The notes under the pieces are model-generated. The model saw only the letters and a list, made by a program, of their open reading frames with translations, did no database searches and was not told the DNA's origin. Both the position numbers and the translations under genes were made by a program. From Pseudomonadota bacterium (GTDB lineage: Bacteria > Pseudomonadota > Alphaproteobacteria > Sphingomonadales > CAKZYD01): 64,000 nt of DNA. Within the stretch, counting starts at the first letter, position 1; each line of letters opens with the position of its first letter. Where the stretch lies: the NCBI GenBank assembly GCA_039814715.1, contig JBCCAR010000001.1:11692-75691 (forward strand), written 5' to 3'. Shown here one piece after another: positions 28,315-37,587 of this stretch.

Positions 28315-29034
28315 TTAGCGCCGCACCGCAGGCATTGGGGTGCTGCTTGCTTTGTCCTGCGGCATAGCGAGAATGGTCTCCCCGCCAAGGGTCCTCTGCC
28401 CCAATGAGACAGTCGGCGCATAACCTTCAGGAAGGTAAATATCCATGCGCGAGCCAAAACGGATAATGCCAAAGCGCTCGCCTGCTTCGAGCCTATCGCC
28501 TTCTTCGACATCGCAAATAATGCGGCGCGCAACAAAACCGGAGATTTGGACAAAAGCAACATAACTGCCGTCAGGCCGTTCTAAAGCAACCAGGTTGCGC
28601 TCGTTATCCGTGCTGGCTTTATCTAGATTCGCGTTCACCATGGTTCCAGGGACATAGGCGATCCGCGCAATACGGCCAGCGCAAGGGGCGCGGTTAACAT
28701 GGACATCTAGGACAGAGAGAAACACACTGATGCGCGTACAAGTGCCTCCTGCAGGGCCTAGATCGCCAAGCTCAGCAGGCCAGGGTGCCTTTGTGACGGC
28801 GCAGATGCGGCCATCACTAGGCGCGATCATAGCATCTGCCTGTTTGGGTACATAGCGATCAGGATCTCGGAAGAAAAACAGGCAGAAGCCCAAAAACACA
28901 AGGCCAAGCCAGCCAACGATGTTGCCGATCAAGAGGAAGCCTAAAAGCGCAACGGCAAAACCACCAAAAACAAAGGGGCGCCCTTCACGGTGAATAGGGG
29001 GGAAAAACTCGCTCATTCCAAATTGCATAGACAT
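28315..29034 (-). CDS. psd: phosphatidylserine decarboxylase proenzyme
   Basis: VHVNRAPCAG plus the self-cleavage site FGSRMD. psd-pssA operon arrangement. Confidence 0.9.
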   Translation of the reverse strand: MSMQFGMSEFFPPIHREGRPFVFGGFAVALLGFLLIGNIVGWLGLVFLGFCLFFFRDPDRYVPKQADAMIAPSDGRICAVTKAPWPAELGDLGPAGGTCTRISVFLSVLDVHVNRAPCAGRIARIAYVPGTMVNANLDKASTDNERNLVALERPDGSYVAFVQISGFVARRIICDVEEGDRLEAGERFGIIRFGSRMDIYLPEGYAPTVSLGQRTLGGETILAMPQDKASSTPMPAVRR

Positions 29035-29112
29035 GCAAACGGTCTCCTCTTTGCAAAAGAACCAAGCCTGATCTCGCCATACAGCTAAATCACTTGGAAT
29101 TCTTGCCCAGTT

Positions 29113-29127
29113 TTAACGCCTAGTTAA
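29113..29127. promoter_or_regulatory. candidate CtrA box (TTAA-N7-TTAA)
   Basis: TTAAcgcctagTTAA has exact spacing. It lies in the divergent psd / ORF 29193 intergenic region, 66 nt upstream of ATG 29193. Confidence 0.3.
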
Positions 29128-29192
29128 ATGCCTGGGCTACACAATGCACGCTTAGGCTGCCAACAAAACCTACGAGCACGGGAACCAGACAC

Positions 29193-29624
29193 ATGACTAT
29201 GGCCCTTAGCTATGACATCACCGGCGACGCGTCAGCTATTTTACAAAATATAGAACGCGCACAGCAGGCCATTTCATATGTTCGTTTGCCCTTCAAGTCT
29301 CAATTCTCGTTTGGCCCTTATCGCTGCCGCGCGCGGGTGCTTGGAAATGCAGATCGCTTTGCTGTAGCACTCACCATTTTCGCAGGCCGTGTGCCTTTTA
29401 CAGCCGAAAACAGGGCAGCACGAACAGCTCTGCTGGGCTTACGCGGCACGGATATGGCCAGCTCAGGGTCGTTAGAAATTATGTCAGATAACTGGGCAAT
29501 CGTGAAAACGCGCTTTGCCGTCTTGCAACCGCCGCGCAGAGAAACAGTGAGTGAAGCGCTGATGTCGCGCCTCACCCTCCTTCGCCCTGGCCTCGATGCG
29601 CTGGCACGTGAAACCAAGACCTGA
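29193..29624 (+). CDS. hypothetical protein
   Basis: 143-aa ORF with ordinary composition. The antisense 106-aa ORF is Arg-rich and artefactual. No family recognised. Confidence 0.5.
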   Translation: MTMALSYDITGDASAILQNIERAQQAISYVRLPFKSQFSFGPYRCRARVLGNADRFAVALTIFAGRVPFTAENRAARTALLGLRGTDMASSGSLEIMSDNWAIVKTRFAVLQPPRRETVSEALMSRLTLLRPGLDALARETKT

Positions 29625-29638
29625 GGACGCCTTCTCAA

Positions 29639-30661
29639 TCAGTTTTGGGGGCTAACGGCCTGATCAGCCGCTGCGCCAGGCAAATCAAAGACCTGGCCAG
29701 GGTAAATCAAATCAGGATTGCGGATTTGACCCGCATTCTCTTCAAATATAACGGTATAAAGCTCGCCGCCGCCATAAACTGATCGTGCGATTGCCCAGAG
29801 GTTATTGCCACGGGACACAACGACAGAACGTGCAGCCGCACTTGGCTCAAAAGGTGCAGATTTCGAAAATGGTTGCACAATACGCAGCGTGACCGCGCTA
29901 TCTTCGCGGGCGAGTTGATCAATACGCAGCTCGTGGTCGGCCGAGACATCTAGGGCGCCCAAGCTGATCGACCATGCCCCAGCATCATCGGCAGTCACTT
30001 CATTGACATAGGCGTTGTTCAAATAAATCCGCAAAGAATCGCCAGCATTGGAGCGGCCCGTCACAATTGCAGATGAATCAGGCAGGATGTCTATTGAACT
30101 GACATGCAAGATAAGGGCGCCAGCATTATTCCCGCTGGGTATTTGTAGCGCGCGGCTGACGCCGTCGCCGGTGCGCGGCGATAGTACAGCCAAGACGCCT
30201 TCATCACTCTCTTCGGGGATTTCGACTACAACCACATTATCGGATGTGACCAGTTGACCATCTGCGCCGCGGGCCCGCAATGAGAGCTCAAGCGATCCAC
30301 CCGGCAAACGATCCGCTAAAATAATGACCCACTCGCCATTATCGTCAGCAAAGGCAGATGCGGCAACATCCTCCCCTTGAAGCAACTCAACTTTTTGGCC
30401 AGGCAAGGCCCGCCCTGCGACAACCCCCGTCCCGTTTCGGCTGATGCGAACGATATCAAAGGAAGGCGGCGTGGGCGTATCAATCTCTGGCTCTTCAAAC
30501 ACATCAGGCTCAGGTTCAATAGAAGCAACTGCGGCTTCCTCGACATCACTTTGACGCCCCTGTTGGTCTGATGAGGTGCTGCCCAAAGAGCCGGCAAGCC
30601 AAGCGGCTATGACAAGAGCTAAGAGAGCGGCAATTGCCAGGACCCAATATACTGCACGCAT
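29639..30661 (-). CDS. LysM peptidoglycan-binding domain-containing protein
   Basis: N-terminal TM anchor (AVYWVLAIAALLALVIAAWLAG), an Ig-like middle region, and a C-terminal LysM (VVVSRGNNLWAIARSVYGGGELYTVIFEENAGQIRNPDLIYPGQVFDLP). Start taken at ATG 30661. Confidence 0.75.
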   Translation of the reverse strand: MRAVYWVLAIAALLALVIAAWLAGSLGSTSSDQQGRQSDVEEAAVASIEPEPDVFEEPEIDTPTPPSFDIVRISRNGTGVVAGRALPGQKVELLQGEDVAASAFADDNGEWVIILADRLPGGSLELSLRARGADGQLVTSDNVVVVEIPEESDEGVLAVLSPRTGDGVSRALQIPSGNNAGALILHVSSIDILPDSSAIVTGRSNAGDSLRIYLNNAYVNEVTADDAGAWSISLGALDVSADHELRIDQLAREDSAVTLRIVQPFSKSAPFEPSAAARSVVVSRGNNLWAIARSVYGGGELYTVIFEENAGQIRNPDLIYPGQVFDLPGAAADQAVSPQN

Positions 30662-30922
30662 GAAACGTCCGCCCTTTCTCTCCGCGCTGGTTTGGCCCTG
30701 CCCCGATTGCGCTTTTGGTTTTTTTAAGCGCAAGAGCCTGTGTGCCACAAGCAAGGCGCGCGCGACAAGCTATCCCTGTCGCTTTTTCTCACTTCAAGCA
30801 TCAACAGGCGCTGCAAATACGGCATAAATGCGAACAAAAGGGCCGTCTTTTTGCTGGTCTTCAATGCGCGAAACTCGTATGTGGCGTGCTAGATTGAGTT
30901 ATTCCAAAATAAAGAGGATTAC

Positions 30923-32137
30923 ATGGCGAAGATTAAGGTCAAAACCCCAGTCGTTGAGCTCGACGGCGATGAAATGACGCGCATTATCTGGAAGTGGATC
31001 CGCGAGCAACTGATCCTTCCGTATTGCGATATTGACCTCGTCTATTACGACCTAGGCATGGAAAAACGCGACGAGACCGATGATAAGATCACGGTAGAAG
31101 CCGCTGAAGCCATTAAGAAATACGGCGTCGGTGTCAAATGTGCCACGATCACACCTGACGAACAGCGCGTTGAAGAATTTGACCTAAAGCGCATGTATCG
31201 ATCCCCAAATGGGACTATCCGCAACATTTTGGGCGGCGTTGTTTTTAGAGCGCCCATCGTCATCTCCAATGTGCCGCGGCTTGTGCCCGGCTGGACGGAC
31301 CCGATCGTGATTGGCCGCCACGCCTTTGGCGATCAATATCGCGCGACGGACTTCTTGGTCCCCGGCAAAGGCAAGATGACCATCAAGTGGGAAGCCGAAG
31401 ACGGTTCTGATTCCATCGAGCGCGAAGTCTTTGATTTCCCCAGCAGCGGCGTTGCCATGGCGATGTACAATTTGGACGACTCTATTCGCGACTTTGCGCG
31501 CGCATCGATGAATTATGGCCTCAACTTGGGCTGGCCAGTTTATCTATCAACAAAAAACACAATCATGAAAGCATATGACGGGCGTTTTAAAGACCTCTTC
31601 CAGGAAGTCTATGAAGCTGAATTTGAAGCGAAATTCAAAGATGCTGGGATCACCTACGAGCACCGCTTGATCGATGACATGGTCGCCTGCGCTATGAAAT
31701 GGGCTGGCAAATTTGTTTGGGCCTGTAAAAACTACGACGGTGATGTGCAGTCAGATACTGTCGCACAGGGCTTTGGCTCGCTTGGCCTTATGACCTCGCA
31801 GCTGATGACGCCGGATGGGAACACGGTGGAATGTGAAGCAGCGCACGGCACAGTGACGCGTCACTACCGCCAGCACCAAGAGGGCAAAGAAACTTCAACG
31901 AACCCAATCGCCTCCATCTTTGCGTGGACCGGCGGCTTAAAGCACCGCGGCCGCATGGACGGAACGCAGGACGTGGTAGACTTTGCTGAAAAGTTGGAGC
32001 AGGTCTGCGTTCAAACGGTAGAACAAGGCCACATGACGAAGGATTTGGCGCTACTCATTGGGCCAGAGCAAGACTGGCTTACCACGCAAGGGTTCTTCAA
32101 CAAAATCGTTGAAAACCTCGAAAAAGCGATGTCGTAG
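30923..32137 (+). CDS. icd: NADP-dependent isocitrate dehydrogenase (eukaryote-like homodimeric type)
   Basis: 404 aa with [35 protein letters not shown] and [11 protein letters not shown]. Confidence 0.95.
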   Translation: MAKIKVKTPVVELDGDEMTRIIWKWIREQLILPYCDIDLVYYDLGMEKRDETDDKITVEAAEAIKKYGVGVKCATITPDEQRVEEFDLKRMYRSPNGTIRNILGGVVFRAPIVISNVPRLVPGWTDPIVIGRHAFGDQYRATDFLVPGKGKMTIKWEAEDGSDSIEREVFDFPSSGVAMAMYNLDDSIRDFARASMNYGLNLGWPVYLSTKNTIMKAYDGRFKDLFQEVYEAEFEAKFKDAGITYEHRLIDDMVACAMKWAGKFVWACKNYDGDVQSDTVAQGFGSLGLMTSQLMTPDGNTVECEAAHGTVTRHYRQHQEGKETSTNPIASIFAWTGGLKHRGRMDGTQDVVDFAEKLEQVCVQTVEQGHMTKDLALLIGPEQDWLTTQGFFNKIVENLEKAMS

Positions 32138-32155
32138 CGACGCAGAACGCAAACG

Positions 32156-32204
32156 AAAAATGGGCGGCAGCGATTGTAAAATCACTGCCGCCCGTTTTCA
32201 TTTT
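32156..32204. terminator. bidirectional Rho-independent terminator between convergent icd and ORF 32226..32549
   Basis: 9-bp GC stem GGGCGGCAG / CTGCCGCCC (32162-70 / 32185-93), extended by GAT/ATC. Flanked by an A-run upstream and gttttcatttt downstream. Confidence 0.75.
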
Positions 32205-32225
32205 AGGCGATAAAGACTGGCTGTC

Positions 32226-32549
32226 TTATTCGTAGGTGGGAGCGGCGTCATCTGTGGTCGCCATAGCCACCAGCTCAATGCTGCCATCTTCAGTCAGCAT
32301 AAGATCACCGAGTGCGACTTCTTTCTCACTGCCATCCATAAGCGCGATCACGGCGAGATTGTCTTTCTCAGATACTTCCGTAATCGTACCGATGGCTTGA
32401 CCATCTTGTAGAACAATCCGGCCAGCCTGCTCAGAGGTAACGCCGGTTTCGGCAGCCGCGACGTCTACGTCAGCAACCTCACCCGCCAACACAGGCGAAA
32501 CAGCGAAAACAGTTAGAGCGGCAATACTTGTTACAACACTTTTCAACAT
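32226..32549 (-). CDS. small secreted protein, PRC-barrel-like
   Basis: Signal peptide (SIAALTVFAVSPVLAGE) followed by GQAIGTITEV...AVIALMDGSEKEVALGDLML, which resembles a PRC-barrel. Confidence 0.5.
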   Translation of the reverse strand: MLKSVVTSIAALTVFAVSPVLAGEVADVDVAAAETGVTSEQAGRIVLQDGQAIGTITEVSEKDNLAVIALMDGSEKEVALGDLMLTEDGSIELVAMATTDDAAPTYE

Positions 32550-32774
32550 GGGGACTTCCTTTCCATCTGGTTTTCACCTGCATCACCTAAGTAGGGGCAT
32601 GTGAGCAGGCTCCCATGACGCGGGGCGATTAGCCGTCGTGTCAAAACCAAAGATGCCGAAGCCAGCAGGATTTTCCCAACATCCAAAATAAGACGAAACG
32701 GTAACGCAATGTCTCCGCGTGTGACTTCTTTTTCCTGCCGCATTTATGTCGGGAAACGGACTTGGTTTGCCGGG

Positions 32775-33095
32775 CTACTTTTCTAGATACTGATCGAGGG
32801 CCGTCAGCTCAACTTGCATCCGCGCGATGAGTTTTTCTGCGCTATCTTGATCTATAGTGGCGCCGAGAGCTTCAGCCTCAGCGCATAGGCCAGCAAGCAC
32901 CTGCATCCCAATGCCGCTGGCTGCCCCTTTGAAACGATGGGCCAATTCTGGCCAGGTCCCACTCTCCAGGCCTTGGCGCAAGTTCTCTAGATGCGTGCCT
33001 GCGTTTTCTTGAAAACTCAGCAACAGCTCTCGCTCAAGTTCAGCATCGCCGCCGGTAAAAGTAGACAAATGCGCCCGGTCGAAAGGTGGTTTCAT
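32775..33095 (-). CDS. Hpt (histidine phosphotransfer) domain protein
   Basis: 106 aa, all-helical, with the phospho-accepting motif AHRFKGAASGIG. Confidence 0.75.
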   Translation of the reverse strand: MKPPFDRAHLSTFTGGDAELERELLLSFQENAGTHLENLRQGLESGTWPELAHRFKGAASGIGMQVLAGLCAEAEALGATIDQDSAEKLIARMQVELTALDQYLEK

Positions 33096-33215
33096 AGCAA
33101 ACTCTCATACTGGCCAGCACGGCTGGCTAGCAGCAAGGTCTGTGCTTTTTTTGTGACTTTGAAAAACAGTGCTTGTTTTTCAAGCGCTTGAGAGGCGGTC
33201 TGAGGGCATGACGAC

Positions 33216-36200
33216 TTGTCGGGCATAGGTGTTTCTGCCATGCTCCATGTCACCAGTTTATTAAGACTTGTTCAAAAAAAGTGGCTGGATATGGAAGGTA
33301 ATCTTTCTCTTAAAGAGGCACATGCATCCGTGTCTGCGCAGGATGACGGCGATCATAGCGCGCAAGATGCGCCTGAAAGCGGTGCTTGGGAAACATCCAC
33401 GACCCGGCGCAAGCGATTGCTGCGCATGGCGACTTTCTGTACTGGACTATGGCTTGGGCTTTTTGTTGCAGGGCTCTTTTGGGCGCATTCTGTTGGCCAG
33501 ATGGAAACAATCACCCCGGCGCATGTAGCCGTCTTTATTACCGCTGCTGGGGTGCCGCTGTGTTTAATTTGGATTGTATCGCTTGTCTTGCAGCGCGCTG
33601 ACCCCCTCCTAGAACGCCGCCTGGCGATTGCCAGAACGCTTAACTCCACAATCGCCCCCGTTGATGCTGCTGAAGTCAAACTTGATAAAATGCTGGAACG
33701 TCTACGCCGCGATATCGGAACGGTCGACCAAACGGTGATGCTTGCAAATGAGCGGATTGGCGCGCTGGAAGATCGCTTCAAAGACCAAGTATCTGAATTG
33801 TTTTCAGCCACCACGGATGCGGAAGCAAAGTCAGCCTCTATTCGCGAGCAGCTTAAACGGGAACGTGAAAGCATGGAGGGCCTCACTGAGTTACTGGAAA
33901 ACCACCTCGGCGACATTCGAACAACGATGGCCGATGCAACGGATTCCACAATCCAAGCGGAAATGAAAAGCCGCGACGCCTTTAAAGATGCTGCGACAAC
34001 GTTTGAAGACCAATATACCCGCCTAATCAATGCATCGGGCACGGCTGTCGACGGCATTAGTACCGTTATGAATGGCTTAGCAGAACGCACCACAGCGCTG
34101 GATGCAGCCGCCCTGGCCGCAACCCAAAAGCTTGGCAAAGGTGTCTCGGCTCTAAAGGCGCATGAGGATGACTACCGCGGCTTTGTTGACAAATTTGCCG
34201 AAGACTTTGCGTCCTTCGACAGCACGGTTGACGCGCGCCTCGTTACTTTGGACGCGGCACAAACGCGGCTAACGCGCAGCAACGAAACGGTCTTTGCGCA
34301 GTTATTAGAGCTTGGCCAGAAGACCAATACAAGTGTTGATGAAGCCTTGAGCCGGGCGTTGGCCTCCTCTGACGCCCTTGCAGAGCACCAGCAAAATGTT
34401 GAAGACACCTCCGCTCATATCGTCGCTGCGCTCACCGACCAGCAAACTGCGGCGCAGAAAAGCGCGGATCAGTTCGCGGAGCAATTATTCTCCATGAAGC
34501 AGGCGCTAGACACGTCCATTCAAACGGCAATGGACGCCCAGCAAACTGCCAGCGAGACCTTTGAAAGCGTTTTAGGCGCGCATGTGCTCAGTTGGCAAAA
34601 GGCGCTGGGTCAATTCTCCCAATCTTTAACGCATCAAACCGAACGCGCAGGAAGCATCGCTGCAAGCCGCCTTTTAAAAGCAGGGGAAACAATCCAAAAC
34701 ACTGTCAGCGCTCTTCATACGGATACAGATACGCGCATTCGCGAACAAAGCGGCTTATTTCACTCACTGGCGGAGGAGATAAACCAGAAACTTAGCGAGG
34801 CTGGGACGCAAACTGGCCAGCAAGTCACCGCCCTGCAAGGCCAGATTGCAGAGCTCGACGAGCAGCGCACGCACCTGCGCGACGTCGCAGACGCTTTAAA
34901 AGAGGACATCGCAAGTGTCCCAGATGTTGTGGCCGCAAACGTTTCTGCTGTTAGAGACACACTGACGCTGGGGCAGCAAGCGCTAGAAGACAGCATGTCC
35001 CGACTAGAGGGATCAGCGCAGCAACTAAGCGCCCTACCCGCAACAATTGCCCAAGCCTGGGCGCCGGAGCTAGACAAAGTTAAGGCGAGTTTTGATGCGA
35101 TTGAAAGCGACCAGCGCAAGCGCCTTGACAGCCTGAGTGACGCCGCAGCTTCAATTGAAGAACGCTGCAAGGATAGCCTGTCGGCGATTGACGCGCAGTT
35201 CGAGCAAGTGAAAACGCAGCAACATAGTACAGACCATATGGCGCAAACACTGCACGCAAAGATCGGCGGGCTCCAAGAGGCGCTACAAGAGGTGCAAAAA
35301 GGGCTGGCAGAGGGCGAGACGCAGGTGAATGATCTGACTGGCCAGTTTGAAACAATCCAATCCCTGGCAGACGACATATCAAAATTTGATAGCAATGCGA
35401 TTGGCGCGCTGCCGGATCAATGGAATGAGCAGCTGAAAGCCCTGACGCGCGAGAGTGAAGCGCTCAACCGTAAAGCCCAGGACGATAGCGAAGAGATCGT
35501 TGAGAAATACAAATCCGCCTTGTCGGCCGCTGGCACCTTAACGCAAGGCCTGTCTGAAAAGCTCGAAGCGACGATGAGCAGCATCACCAAGGATGCGGAT
35601 AAAGCGGTTGATCTTGCGCGGCTAAAATGGGCCGCTTTGAGTGAAGACCGTCAAAGCACGGCCCTGGGCGCGGTTGAACGCTTTTCTCAAACCGTCAGCA
35701 AAACGCTTAATGAACGATCGAGCGAAATTGAGAGCCAATTGGCGCAGCTTGAAACCCTCACCCGGACGAGCCTAGACCAATTGCAAAGCGACACTAGAGA
35801 AAAGGTAAAAACCAGCGAAGAGACTCTCCAGCGGGTCAAAGCCCTAACCAAACGTATTAATGAGGATAAGGGCGCTGATTTGATCAAAAGCTCCAGCTTG
35901 ATCATCGATGCGCTGCATTCAAGTTCGATCGATTTAAGCAAATCCATGGGCGCGGGATTAAGCGATGAAGACTGGACACGGTATTTAGCAGGGGACAAAT
36001 CCCTCTTTACGCGGCGCACCGCGGAAATGCTGTCCAAATCAGAGCGTGACGCTATTCGCAAGAAACTGGAGCGCGACCAAGACCTTAAACAGGCATCCTT
36101 GCATTATCTGAAGGATTTCGAACTGCTTATGTCGCGGGCGATGGCGGGCGGAGAACCCACGTCGCTGTCCATTGCCCTCATTTCGAGCGACATAGGCAAA

Positions 36201-36242
36201 CTCTACGTCGCTCTTTCACAAGCTATTCGGCGAATGAATTAG
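33216..36242 (+). CDS. large membrane-anchored coiled-coil protein (about 1000 aa), function unknown
   Basis: Two predicted N-terminal TM helices (FCTGLWLGLFVAGLFW; VFITAAGVPLCLIWIVSLVL) precede about 750 aa of A/E/Q/L/S/T-rich heptad-like sequence and a distinct C-terminal approximately 150-aa domain (SSIDLSKSMG...DWTRYLAGDKSLFTRR). The start is uncertain: TTG 33216, ATG 33240 or ATG 33291. Confidence 0.75.
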   Translation: MSGIGVSAMLHVTSLLRLVQKKWLDMEGNLSLKEAHASVSAQDDGDHSAQDAPESGAWETSTTRRKRLLRMATFCTGLWLGLFVAGLFWAHSVGQMETITPAHVAVFITAAGVPLCLIWIVSLVLQRADPLLERRLAIARTLNSTIAPVDAAEVKLDKMLERLRRDIGTVDQTVMLANERIGALEDRFKDQVSELFSATTDAEAKSASIREQLKRERESMEGLTELLENHLGDIRTTMADATDSTIQAEMKSRDAFKDAATTFEDQYTRLINASGTAVDGISTVMNGLAERTTALDAAALAATQKLGKGVSALKAHEDDYRGFVDKFAEDFASFDSTVDARLVTLDAAQTRLTRSNETVFAQLLELGQKTNTSVDEALSRALASSDALAEHQQNVEDTSAHIVAALTDQQTAAQKSADQFAEQLFSMKQALDTSIQTAMDAQQTASETFESVLGAHVLSWQKALGQFSQSLTHQTERAGSIAASRLLKAGETIQNTVSALHTDTDTRIREQSGLFHSLAEEINQKLSEAGTQTGQQVTALQGQIAELDEQRTHLRDVADALKEDIASVPDVVAANVSAVRDTLTLGQQALEDSMSRLEGSAQQLSALPATIAQAWAPELDKVKASFDAIESDQRKRLDSLSDAAASIEERCKDSLSAIDAQFEQVKTQQHSTDHMAQTLHAKIGGLQEALQEVQKGLAEGETQVNDLTGQFETIQSLADDISKFDSNAIGALPDQWNEQLKALTRESEALNRKAQDDSEEIVEKYKSALSAAGTLTQGLSEKLEATMSSITKDADKAVDLARLKWAALSEDRQSTALGAVERFSQTVSKTLNERSSEIESQLAQLETLTRTSLDQLQSDTREKVKTSEETLQRVKALTKRINEDKGADLIKSSSLIIDALHSSSIDLSKSMGAGLSDEDWTRYLAGDKSLFTRRTAEMLSKSERDAIRKKLERDQDLKQASLHYLKDFELLMSRAMAGGEPTSLSIALISSDIGKLYVALSQAIRRMN

Positions 36243-36244
36243 CC

Positions 36245-37357
36245 TTAGGCAGCCTTTTTAGGCTCGCCCATTTTCTTCATGAGGAAATCGAGGCTATCAA
36301 TATCCTGGGTTTCGCCCAGCTTGGTGAGCACGCGGTCCAGCATGACGGAGCGGAAATGCTCTCTGTCATCACGGCTATCGAGCTTTAGGTCTTTCGATAA
36401 GTCCAACGCCACCATGGATATCTCGAACATTTTCTTATCAACGCCAACCTTATCGAACAGCCGCTCCAGGCCGCGCGAGCCCTTTTCATGGATCAAGCGG
36501 TATACGTTTGAAACTGGAATACCCGCAAGGCGCGCAAGGCCGGTTTCAAAAAACACCATGTCGCCCATGCACAGCGCGCGCACGACCAAAGTATGACTGA
36601 GTCGTCCACTCTTATGGAGCTGATCGACGAGCGCATGAATATCAGGCGCATCGTGGGACCCATCGAGTAGGCTAACAGTAGCCTTTTCGCGCGCTTCTTG
36701 CCCCAAAGCACGGGCGGCCGCCTTGCCAACACCTGCGGTTTTCTCCAGATGAGCCTGCATTTTTGAAGAAACCAATGTCACCAAACGTTCGGCGATCGGC
36801 AGCGGGAGCGCGTTGCGCTCCGCCATGCTCGTTGCAATCGGCTTCACATGCCCAAAATCATCGAGCACTTTAGACATGGTTGTTTCTGACAGCTTCGCGC
36901 CAGAATTCGCCACAAGCGTTGCAACGACGGCTTCATTCTTGGTTTCGACCAACGCATCGGAGACCGCTTCAGACACCTCAGGGCGGCGAGCCACGGCAAT
37001 TTGATGATCCTGGCCTTGCGAGCGAATGATCTCGATGAGGTCTTCATCGCTCAGCACCGTTGTCATTTCGATGAAGGGGACGGCGACGTCGGCCACATCT
37101 GTGGCAAGCTGCATGGCCAAATCGCGGGGAACGTCCGCGCTATCTTTAAGCGAATCCATCATCGCTTGGCGGACCCGCACTTCTACGTCGCGGGCCATGG
37201 CGCGGAAGATGTCTTCCGCAAGAGCTCTTTCAGCTTCAGACAAAGCGCCGCCGGTAAAGCTGCCGCCTACCTTCGATATGGTTTGCGCGCGCACATCTGC
37301 ATCGGTCTTGGAGTTGGCCAATTTGGCGACGTCGGCAGCGGATAAATCTGATGACAT
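36245..37357 (-). CDS. DUF2336 domain-containing protein (HEAT/armadillo-like repeats)
   Basis: Repeated helical pattern (AEDIFRAMARDVEVRVRQAMMDSLKDSADVPRDLAMQLATD...) typical of alphaproteobacterial DUF2336. Confidence 0.7.
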   Translation of the reverse strand: MSSDLSAADVAKLANSKTDADVRAQTISKVGGSFTGGALSEAERALAEDIFRAMARDVEVRVRQAMMDSLKDSADVPRDLAMQLATDVADVAVPFIEMTTVLSDEDLIEIIRSQGQDHQIAVARRPEVSEAVSDALVETKNEAVVATLVANSGAKLSETTMSKVLDDFGHVKPIATSMAERNALPLPIAERLVTLVSSKMQAHLEKTAGVGKAAARALGQEAREKATVSLLDGSHDAPDIHALVDQLHKSGRLSHTLVVRALCMGDMVFFETGLARLAGIPVSNVYRLIHEKGSRGLERLFDKVGVDKKMFEISMVALDLSKDLKLDSRDDREHFRSVMLDRVLTKLGETQDIDSLDFLMKKMGEPKKAA

Positions 37358-37587
37358 AAAGGTCGACTTTCATTCGCAGGGCCAGCGGCTTTTGGCCAAA
37401 GTGATTGAGGCCTCGAAAGTGCCGACATCTCCTTAACGAACACTAAAGAGTTGATCACCTGCTTGTGCGTGCAGGTCCTAGTCGTTAACGTCCATTAAGG
37501 CTAAGTGGCGGCGCGGAATATCCTTTTATTCTCTGTCTTTGCAGGCCAAACAACATCAAAACACTCCAATTCAGGTGAGAGACTTCC

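Noticed and set aside
33353-35395. 261-aa and 211-aa minus-strand ORFs inside the coiled-coil gene
   Set aside because: Ser/Ala/Arg/Cys-rich antisense frames of an Ala/Glu/Gln-rich gene, with no motifs or start signals.
37485-37498. TTAAcgtccaTTAA in the DUF2336/AGCS intergenic region as a CtrA box
   Set aside because: The spacer is 6 nt, not the required 7. A neighbouring TTAA-N7-TAAA (37433-37447) is only a half match.
37358-37587. Possible glycine riboswitch upstream of the alanine/glycine symporter
   Set aside because: The conserved ACCGAAGGGGCAA / CTCTGGAGAG-type cores are not present in either orientation.
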